A stretch of 60,561 nt of DNA, the filler included, from Globobulimina sp. (taxonomy: Eukaryota): the NCBI GenBank assembly GCA_003354225.1. It is 9 parts of 9 records of this genome, joined end to end, with 100 filler letters (N's around TTAATTAATTAA, not from the genome) between each part and the next. Parts side by side here need not be neighbours in the genome. Positions count along the whole stretch, not along the records: positions 1 to 6,656 come from PIVH01000256.1; positions 6,757 to 13,405 come from PIVH01000257.1; 7 more parts are not named here. One strand, 5' to 3'. A program made the position numbers and the translations under genes. Below, piece after piece: positions 1 to 9,700 of this stretch. Each line of letters opens with the position of its first letter. Position 1 is the first letter of the stretch. The notes under the pieces were generated by a model. It was not told where the DNA came from. It saw only the letters and a list, made by a program, of their open reading frames with translations, and ran no database searches.

Positions 1-112
1 GTCGATCACTTTCTTTAAGATGAACAAAGTTATCCCGCACAATTGTAAATTGCCCCTCAAACTGGGATAACTTTTGTTTCGCAATTGCAATAGAATCTTT
101 ATCTTGATCGGC
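1..112 (-). CDS. rsmH: Fragment resembling bacterial 16S rRNA methyltransferase RsmH (MraW) at a contig end
   Basis: Manual minus-strand translation gives ADQDKDSIAIAKQKLSQFEGQFTIVRDNFVHLKES, matching the RsmH pattern D-Q-D-x-x-A-I-x-x-A-K-x-x-L...F-T-I-V-x-x-N-F-x-x-L. Not in the ORF track and very short. Confidence 0.5.
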
Positions 113-275
113 AATCACAGCAAATTTAAAGCTGATTGACTCTTGTTTGGAGTCTTAATTGTTTGATTTTTTTGTTTGTATCAGTGTCAGTATTGAGAGA
201 TAATCAGATTTGTTGCTACTGTATATATATAAATAAATCATGTGTAAAACAACAAAATAATCTGATTATCTTCAA

Positions 276-590
276 CTAAGATACTAAGTTTTGGGTGTTT
301 TCAAAACCTGATTTTTTTTCTTCCGTTTTGATTTGGTAGCTACCATAAATACCAGTTGAATAAGATGGTTTATACACGATTGGCATTACTCGTTTTAAAT
401 TGGCTGATTTTAGGGCTAATTTATCTTTATCCCCATTATAAAGTTGAACTGGCCATCTTTCAATGTCTGTCAAATACGGACCAACAACCTCTGCTAATTT
501 ACCATTATATTTCTCTGTTTTTAATTCAATAATTTGTACAGTATCGCCAATACGAAATAAATCATTTGCCTCATTTTTTGACTCTGTCAT
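276..590 (-). CDS. Small protein with an SH3/KOW-like beta-barrel module
   Basis: FRIGDTVQIIELKTEKYNGKLAEVV...RWPVQL...LALKSANL. The same motif recurs at 59624. Confidence 0.5.
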   Translation of the reverse strand: MTESKNEANDLFRIGDTVQIIELKTEKYNGKLAEVVGPYLTDIERWPVQLYNGDKDKLALKSANLKRVMPIVYKPSYSTGIYGSYQIKTEEKKSGFENTQNLVS

Positions 591-653
591 TGTACGTGCG
601 ACTGTGATTGAGTGGTTTTTGCTTATTTTGAGAGAAAATCCTTCTGCTAAGCA

Positions 654-2495
654 ATGTCGCTATTATTATTCTTTCTGCTCGTATCAATCAAGATATTTTC
701 AAGTACGTATACACAAAGAACATATGACCAACAAAATCAAGAAGATGTCCCAGCAACGAATAGTGGCTACGACTGCATAATTAGATACCGAAGGAGTTGG
801 TATTCGTTAACTCCCTCTGAACAATTATTATACATTAACGGTTTTCAATCTATTCGTAAAAATGGAGCATTATCCATTATCAGTCGCTCATATTTAAAGG
901 CGACAGCCATAAATAAATGGCAAGACTCTTCGCTCTTTTTTATGATGCACGAACACTTAGTATATGAGTTAGAAAATGCAATCCGATCATTAGGTGGCAT
1001 ATATAACTGTTTCTCTATGCCATATTGGGATTTTACCATTGATTCAGGACTAGAAAACAATGCACCAATATTACAAACCTCCATTGGTGGCGATGGCGAT
1101 AATTCGATGCATCATTGCGTAACCTCCGAGTATTGGACTTTATGTGATAATGCTATCGATGATGAGTCATGTTATTGGACTCCATTTGCAATGAATTGCA
1201 ATGAAAACGAATTAGAATCAATGTGTTGTTTAAAACGATCGATATCAAGCACTCAAATTCTTGCCTCTTCCATACAGATTGCGTTTGAAATTGCAACCAA
1301 TCCAAATTATGAACAGTTTACACATAAAATCAAGCAATTTACAGATTATGTCCATGCATTCATTGCGTCCATTGATAATGCTCCAATGTCCAATATGTTT
1401 GCAACCGAAGACCCGATATTCTTTTTATTAGCTTCATTCATTGGATATATCCGAGCGATGTGGACTGACTGCAATGATTATGATTTTATACCAAACGAAG
1501 AGCTGCAAAATTATCCCAATGCATATCACGCATTTAAAACAAAAATAAAAAATGCACAGTTTAAATTCCACACTGATAATATTGATAATATGTATGAGTT
1601 AGACATGCATTTAAATGAAATGTTTTATGCGTTGAATAATGCAGAATGGTCAGATGGAAGTATATCCGTTCGGAGTTTATATGATATCTCGGAATTAAAT
1701 ATATTGTATGAAATGGGATCATTTTGGACCACATCCAAATTAAATACATGGTGTGAAGGGCATGTAAATGAGAATTGGTTTGTCGATAATCGCGCACTTA
1801 ACGCATATGGGGATATATTGGCAAATAGCAATCACGTAAACCAATATATTGATAAAGTATGGAATGAATTGGATTTACAAAGTGAGGATAAATTGGCGGA
1901 AATAGCGGCGTTGAGTTGCGATTATGTCCGGCGGACATCGTTAAATTCATGCTTTCGGAGAGAAATGTTGCAGAGTGACAGTGGGATATTAATGTGCGAT
2001 GATATGAATAGAAAGGAATTGGAAGATTTGACATTGGAGGATTTGTATGGTTTTGTTGGTGACGGTGATGGCAATGAGTGTTTCTTACAAATTCGAAATG
2101 AAACGTGGCCGTATGCAAAACATAATATTTTATTAAAACAATCGTTATGTAATGGACAGTTTGACTATAAATGCGATATATGGCCATTGATTACAAGTCA
2201 TCATGAATATGATGGATATGATGATTTATCGCCAATATTAAATGACGGAGAGACAGACTCTGAGGATGATATACAACACATTATACCGTCTAGTCATGAT
2301 GCAGATTTTCTGTCATTTAATATGAGTTTATGGAGTGTTATGGTTTGGTGCGCAATGTTTATTTTTATATTTATGATATCTTGTTATATGTTTACAGTTA
2401 AAAAAGATTTTGAAACTGAATTGATGTATAAAAAGAATAGGAAAATGGCTCATGTTGCAATATATGGATCTGTTGGTTGTTCTAACGCCGTATAA
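654..2495 (+). CDS. Tyrosinase-fold (type-3 copper family) membrane protein with most copper ligands substituted
   Basis: Signal peptide; RYRRSWYSLT..EQ..YI; FFMMHEHLVYELENAIR; CFSMPYWDF; DYVHAFI; EDPIFFL; C-terminal TM helix LWSVMVWCAMFIFIFMISCYMF. Confidence 0.8.
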   Translation: MSLLLFFLLVSIKIFSSTYTQRTYDQQNQEDVPATNSGYDCIIRYRRSWYSLTPSEQLLYINGFQSIRKNGALSIISRSYLKATAINKWQDSSLFFMMHEHLVYELENAIRSLGGIYNCFSMPYWDFTIDSGLENNAPILQTSIGGDGDNSMHHCVTSEYWTLCDNAIDDESCYWTPFAMNCNENELESMCCLKRSISSTQILASSIQIAFEIATNPNYEQFTHKIKQFTDYVHAFIASIDNAPMSNMFATEDPIFFLLASFIGYIRAMWTDCNDYDFIPNEELQNYPNAYHAFKTKIKNAQFKFHTDNIDNMYELDMHLNEMFYALNNAEWSDGSISVRSLYDISELNILYEMGSFWTTSKLNTWCEGHVNENWFVDNRALNAYGDILANSNHVNQYIDKVWNELDLQSEDKLAEIAALSCDYVRRTSLNSCFRREMLQSDSGILMCDDMNRKELEDLTLEDLYGFVGDGDGNECFLQIRNETWPYAKHNILLKQSLCNGQFDYKCDIWPLITSHHEYDGYDDLSPILNDGETDSEDDIQHIIPSSHDADFLSFNMSLWSVMVWCAMFIFIFMISCYMFTVKKDFETELMYKKNRKMAHVAIYGSVGCSNAV

Positions 2496-2783
2496 TAAAT
2501 TTAGTATATATTTATAGTTTATTGTATTTTATAATAATATTTATTTACTTCTATTGTATTGTATTTACATTTAGTTCAATAACTTTAATTGCTTCCTTAC
2601 TTTTATTTTTCGCAACAAGTTTTCAAGATTTTCTTTTAGCAACGTTTACCATCTCCATTTTCATCACAATTTGTATAATATTTGCAAATGGTGAAGTCAT
2701 TGCACCATTTTATCTAAGATATACTGAACAAGAAGCTTCATTACAAGAACAATAATAAAACAGTTGCGAAAGTTTATTATAAA

Positions 2784-4499
2784 TCATGACGACATATCAT
2801 TTAATGCGAGAACATATTGTTCTGTGAAGGAAAAGCGAGAATAAGAGTCTCTCATTAAAAAAGTAATTACTTCAACGGCGTCATCAAACACATTATACAA
2901 TTCCTCATTCACTAATGAGTTTGCAATTTGATATTGAACATAAATTTTATCCATGGTTGAATACGGTATATTTATTTGAAATTCAGCATTATGTAATATA
3001 TATTTCTCTGTCAATAATTTAAATTTTTCTTGAATGCTAAATGCTTTTGAATGGACGATATCAGATTTTGGTAAATCATCTGGCAAAATAATTATTGAGC
3101 TATCTTCCCCACTATTTTGTGCATCTGATTTTTGTTTTAATCGTCTTATCAGATCTCCTGAGAATTCCTCGTCTTTCTCTTCTTCGAACATTTGCGGTAT
3201 CAGAGCTTCGTACGGCGTATCTTTTTTATTCTGCTTCTTAACACATTTAACTTCATCTAATTCAACGCCACAATTTTTTTTAAATTGACTGGCTTCGTAA
3301 ATAAATAACATGTTTTCTGGACTGAATTCTGTTCAAACATAGAAATCGCAGTACAGTGAATAACTGACAAATGACAATGAAAACATTTTCTCGCAATTAT
3401 GTCTGAAACGTTTTGCCGAGAAAATTTTGTAGAAACACATAAACGAAACATACCATGACATAAATGCGTCATAAACGAATAGATTCCTTCTGATTTTGCT
3501 AAAAATTTGTTCAATGGGATCTTAGCGCTTTGCCCGGCGCCATCTGCGGACAGTGCGTTGGTATATTGTTTCATTAAGGAATCGTGGACAGCATTTTGTA
3601 GCACCCAATATGTGGAAATCATCACCATACAAAAAAACACAGCATCTAAAATAATCTCATTAAGAAGAACAACAAATGCGTACACTTCACCCGTTAATGC
3701 ATTAGTTTCATCCACGATGGCCACCAAAACAAATGAGGCGAAGCCAACCAGTCCCACATATAAAATATATCGAATTTCATCGCGTAATAGAAACACATCC
3801 ATAAACTGTGGGGTCATGCAATAAATAATCCACGTCGTAATAAGTAAGATCAACATTAATGAAGCGAGTGTCGGATAATACAAATCTCCTCCAAAGTTGG
3901 TCAAATTTGAGGTTAAAAACATAATAATAAATTGAACAAATAAAAGTGGGATAAATATTCTGTACATCCAATGCAAATCGCCAAGAGTTGCTTTGTGTGT
4001 TGCATACCAATTACTTTGTTGCGTCGATTCTGAATTTATATGTTTCATCCACGCGCCTTTGGTGATAACCATCGTATATCTTATCTTAAAATTTAATAAC
4101 CACAGTCTCCAAATTAAAATATTTACCATTGAAAAGGAACCAGAAATATAAAAAATTAAGTCGAGAATGTCATGGATTTGTTGGTTGATTATTCGTTCGC
4201 CGGCTCTCTTCAATAAAGCCACTGTTCTGCCTAGAAATTGAATTGAATTGAATTGAATGTCAAGTCAAAGTATATGGTATTCTTTACAAATACAAACCGA
4301 ATGTGGTGTAAATGATGCAAAATACGGACATGGCGACGACTAAGTTGGTGTATCTCTTGGAGATTTCCGGTTGATTTCTTGCTTTGAAATATTTTACAGT
4401 GTGGTATATGACAAATGGCGGTATGATCAACCAAATAAATCCCATCTCAATGGCATACATCACCAAACGCAAAACTCTGTCTTCATCCGCTAAACCCAT
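2784..4499 (-). CDS. 7TM-RGS protein (multi-TM receptor-like region plus C-terminal RGS domain), 3 exons
   Basis: GT-AG introns 4231-4297 and 3329-3453 join three ORFs in frame. Splicing creates the RGS motif HEFSPENMLF, followed by YILHNAEFQINIP and VFDDAVEVITFLMRDSYSRF. About seven hydrophobic helices lie upstream. Confidence 0.85.
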
Positions 4500-4831
4500 G
4501 TTTTTGCAAAAGCTACTACGAGAAAACCAATTGATTTATTATCAAGAACGAGGCTGTAATCTTCGTGGTTGATAGCACATCGGCCACATCCTAAAAAGAC
4601 TGACCTCCCACGACATATTTCCCACGACATATACTAAAAAGACTGACTGAAAGATGTACTCACATATATATATATACTGTAGTAACATTACTATATTATC
4701 CCATGCTATGTATCAATGAATCCGTAGTCGAGAGCCTAACTAACTTGATTATGAAATGAAGACTTGATTATGATTATGATCAAATATTTTATAAATGTTT
4801 AAAACATAATCAAAGTGCAGCAAAGATAAAG

Positions 4832-5655
4832 ATGGCTAAATCTCAATTTTCCTATGTCTACATGAATTTTTTTATAATGGGAGTATTAGCTACATTTTTA
4901 TTGGGTTTTATGGTTGTTGCATGTGAGAAAAGTTCAACAATCGCAAAATATCATGATACTATAAGCTCATTCTGTGCTGAAAGGGGATCTTGGGAGAACA
5001 GGTACGCATACTTTCATTACTTTGGGTATATATACAATACTTTTGTTGACTATGTGCCACAAACAGGTTTCTTCTGTTTTTCACCACCGCGGTTTCTTTC
5101 AATTTGATATCTTTGCATTTCGAAGAATTTAACTCAAGAACCTATTCTTCAACGATAGAATGCTTGTTATTTGGCATTGAGATTGTAGTCATATTTTTAT
5201 TTTCGATGGTTGGTGTTTTTTATACCTCGGGAAATAACCCAGACACAAAAAATAATATATTTGAAAGTGGTTTATGTGGTAATATCTCCATTGGAATATC
5301 ATCAAAATTACATTCGATATTTGCTATGCTATTTTTTGGCGTAATAAGTGTCATTGATTTTAGTTACGGTCTGATAATTATGCGAAAATATCCAAACAAA
5401 AAATGGACAAAGATTTTACTGGGTTGGTCAATTGGCAATTTTGTGATAGGACTGTCATTTATCACTGTTCAAGGAATTTTGAAATGGAACAAACGGAAAA
5501 CATCTGCTATTTTAATCGGAACGAGATTACAATCCGTCAGATTAACTTCCTTTGTATTGGAGTGCTTATGGGGAACTTCTATCATTTTACTGGATGGATT
5601 TTGTTCTGTTCGACGAAATAGAATGATTGAATGGTTTGGCAAAGTTGATTTATAA
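4832..5655 (+). CDS. Multi-pass membrane protein, Frag1/DRAM/Sfk1-like, 2 exons
   Basis: In-frame GT-AG intron 5002-5066. About six TM helices with TISS..GSWENRF, LHSIFAMLFF and SFVLECL. Confidence 0.55.
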
Positions 5656-5833
5656 TAATATTCGACGGATCATTTCTTTATAAACAAGCGGTTTGTGGTT
5701 AATCTATCGCATACCTTGGCTTTCATTGCTAGCTTATCGCATATCATATTTTCTTCAAATCTCTGACCAATATCCATATATATTCTCTTGACTAAACTTA
5801 AAAAACTTGAGCTTTCTGTATCTTTCAAAGATA

Positions 5834-6656
5834 ATGGCTGCTTTTCCTTCAACAGTCAATAATGGTGATGTAGAAGGGCACATATTAACAATTCCTAAAT
5901 ATAAAAAGTATAAAAATAAAACACCTGTTATTGAACACAAAAATTTGGATGATGGTTTTCGAAGTAATGATAGAGATATTATTAAATTAAAAGAGTTTGT
6001 ACAAAAATACAAATTACACAAACTTTCCAAAAAATTATTACGCGAAGGAATCACTGTCGATTTTCTAATCTCGCAAACTGACTCTGAAATTGATGTAATT
6101 TCCAAAGAATTGACTGCAAAATTAATTCAACAAAACAAAGTATGTATAAATAATTGATATAATATGTACTTTATATTTGGTGCATGCTTATATTTAGTTT
6201 AAATTTGCTGTGAAAGCATTACAAAAAAACAATTTGGAGTCACTCAAACTTATGATTGAAATACAAAATGTTATCAAAAATGCGGAATTTGAAAAAGCTG
6301 AAACACCAGAAACGCCAATCCCAAATGCACCATCTCTTCACGTTCACGATAAAGTGACTGCCATTGATACGCGAACAGAAACAATTAATCCAACGTTTGG
6401 CAACAAACATATTATAACATCCTGGTATTATAAAGGCAGTGATGAGTTACAGCATGAAATTATAATAAAACATGATACGAAACTCAACAAAAATATGAAA
6501 TCGAAAAGGAAAATAATTGTAGATGGAAAGGAGAGATATTCGAAAAAATCCAATGATATTAATTTTGTCATTGAAAACTGCGTCGATAATTTAAGGATAC
6601 AAATATTGCAAAATAAAGATTGTTTAAATTACGAATTGTTTATACATAATATCTCT
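5834..6656 (+). CDS. SAM-like plus FAIM1-like domain protein, 3'-truncated, at least 2 exons
   Basis: In-frame intron 6140-6197. SAM-like LKEFVQKYKLHKLSKKLLREGITVDFL...QQNKFKFAV. FAIM-like WYY...HEIIIKH...KRKIIVDGKE...YELFI. Confidence 0.5.
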
Positions 6657-6756
6657 NNNNNNNNNNNNNNNNNNNNNNNNNNNNNNNNNNNNNNNNNNNN
6701 TTAATTAATTAANNNNNNNNNNNNNNNNNNNNNNNNNNNNNNNNNNNNNNNNNNNN
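6657..6756. other. Artificial contig linker (44N-TTAATTAATTAA-44N)
   Basis: Identical 100-bp spacer with stops in all six frames; occurs eight times in the window. Confidence 0.99.
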
Positions 6757-9700
6757 GATCTTGACCTTGACATTGATATTGAATCTTCCCTTCCTTTCCC
6801 ATATCTTACATTTAAATGATTTACATTCGAATTAGTTCGCGCTCTCCTTCTTTTCTTGCCAGATTTGGAATAGTTCATAGTACAATGTCTTTTCCCCCAA
6901 AATTGAACTTCGTAGAATACAAATCTCGGCGCATCGTCCGTATCTTCGCCATGATTGCCGAGAAACAATATGCGCCAATACCTATCTTTTTTATTCACTT
7001 GAATCACTTGTTCGTCCTCTGTCTTCTCCAAATATGCATTGCTGATATCTCTCCACGGCGTCTCCTCATCTTTCGACGATTGTATAGTAACATATTTTGG
7101 ATCATTCATCATGCCTCGATTCCGCCATCTGATTTCTTGCACCATTCGTTTGTGTTTCATATCATATAATAGCCAACAATCCGAATATTTCTCCTCATCA
7201 TCCATATCATAGTAATCATCATGTTCATCATTATAACGTTCTAGTTCTTTGTTGGTCGGTGACACCCAATAAGTGGTGGAATGGTTGGCCAACACATACC
7301 ATTTCTGCAACATTGAACCCACCGGTTTCACCAATCCCGTATGGTGGGTCATTTCATTATATATCGATTGCACTTCGTTCAAACCGCGGCCAATCTTATT
7401 GTTAAACGCTTCATTCATAAAATCGTCATATTTGGGTATACGTTTCCGACCATTTTTATGTGCTTTCTTCAAAAATAAGCGTTGTTGTTGCTGCAATCTA
7501 TTGGGCATTTTATGTGGCACTGCTGATACAAACATTTTTTCTTCACTCATTCCAGTGGGTGATATACTGGCAAATCTATTTAATTTCAACTGTACCACAC
7601 TGGTTTTCGAGGCACGCAAATCATTCTCTTGGCTTTTCTTTCTGTTTCGAAACATTCCACTAAATATTTTACTCATTTTAGATTGCTTATTCTTGTTTTT
7701 ATCGTCGTTGTCTGTAACATTATGATTATTAATGGTATGCATTCCCTTTTTTTTCTCATCCATTACTTTTTTCATCATAATAATTTGTTCCTCGTCATAC
7801 TTATTCTCCATTGGTTTGCCAATACGGCTTAAAAAGGCGCCAATATCACTCAATTTTGGATGCATTATGCGTTTATGTCTCCGGGTTTTCACCATTTGCA
7901 TCGCATCCGATTCATCAAACTCATATTTACTTTCCGAGTATAAATCTTCCAACATTTTAGTGTCCGTCGATAGTGGCGACACTATATTTGTCGGCGTGTA
8001 GCTTTTCATATTCTCTGTGTTAAACAATGGATTCTCTGCGTCGATCCATTCCGGCGTACCATAAATGGCTACCTTTGCTTCATTCAATTTGGCGCATAAT
8101 TGCGACATTTTTGGTTTCAATTTCTCAAATTGTAATGTATTGTAAAAATCAGCAATGGTCTCTACAATTATTGGATTATTGCCTTCATCGTTATTGATGG
8201 CTCGAATTAGTACAGGTTCCAGGCCTTTGTCTTTAAACTTTTTGAGTAGTTTTTTGCTGTTTGGATCGGCTAAAATTATAGCAAGTATACCATCTAAAAC
8301 ATGGGTCAATACATTGTCGGTATTATTTTGTGAATATAAGTCAATGGCATCGATCAAATCATCAATAGTCACGTTTGCATTGTCGTGCAAAAATGCTTCC
8401 ACATCGGACACATGGTCGAAACACAAACCAAAGGCCGAACATACGCCCAAGTCATCCGCGCCATTGCTCAATGCGCAGCTGGTGGTAATATCTAATATGC
8501 CACAATCAATTAATGGCTTTAATAGATTTTCTTGATTTTCTGCATCAATTTTCTGTAATAACGCACCAAAATGGGTCAATAACTGCTTACCTTTATCGGT
8601 TGAATGGGTTTTCTTTAATATATGACATAATTTAACAACAATATCATCAATTTTTAATTTGTCCGCATCACTGGCATAGTCAGCGACTTTTGCAATGGAA
8701 TTTGCAATCGATTCACTGATTGGATACATGTGCTGCAAGGAATCCATGTTTGGTCCAAACAAGTCGTCAAAGATATAAATGCCACCCTTTTTAAAAAAAT
8801 CTCCTCTACATTTAGCATGCTCCAGTAATGGAACTAATGCTTTTAATGCAGCCTTGACCACTGGCAAATTATCCGTTGGATTGGATGCTATTAATTTCCC
8901 TTTAAACTGTATAATATCTAACAATGCATTTACAACATTATTACCAGAGATGTAATCCCTGCGATCATCCATTAAACCATTGGCATACACTGCCTTTGCT
9001 GCGTTTATAATGGCAGCGGCCGAATAATGCAGCGGATCACAGACAACATTCATAGCTTTGTCTATATCCATCACTGCCATGCCATCATTATCTACAATCA
9101 TAACCCCATTTGCATTGGCCATTGATTTTGATTTTGATGGTGAAGGTGTTGGCGGTGGCAACGAAGACACACTGCTCACCGCAATCATATCATTCATTCT
9201 CGTTCGACTCTTACCCAATACAGCAACATCATTATCATTTGGAGAGTTAATCCGAAGCCCATTGCTATCAAACCCTGCCTTCTGTTGTCTATTATTTCGA
9301 TTATTTATAGCGTTGCTATTATGGTATACCTCCTGCTGCGGATTATTATTATCCACTGCAGTCAAAAATGCATTTGTCGCTTGATGCGCAAACTGTTGCT
9401 TCATATCGCTTGCATTCCGATAATAACCCACATCCTCTGCCGATTTCATATATTTATATTCCGGCAAATCCGAATACGCCATCCGCATATACAGCTCTCT
9501 CAGCTGTTGTTTGCGTTTTGCTGCACGGATCTGCTCTTTCAAGTTATCAATCTCTATTTGTGCGCTGGCCAACCTCTCCGATAAATCCTCAATCACTCCG
9601 CGCAGTGTACCTGCTTCCTCCGCTTGCTCAGTCACCAAATGTTCCATTTTCGAGACTTGCTCCTCAAAGTCTGGAGCAACGATAGTCATTTTCTTCTCTA

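Noticed and set aside
6657-6756. TTAATTAATTAA palindrome repeated every ~6.7 kb as a biological repeat
   Set aside because: Always centred in exactly 44+44 N; it is a synthetic six-frame-stop linker.
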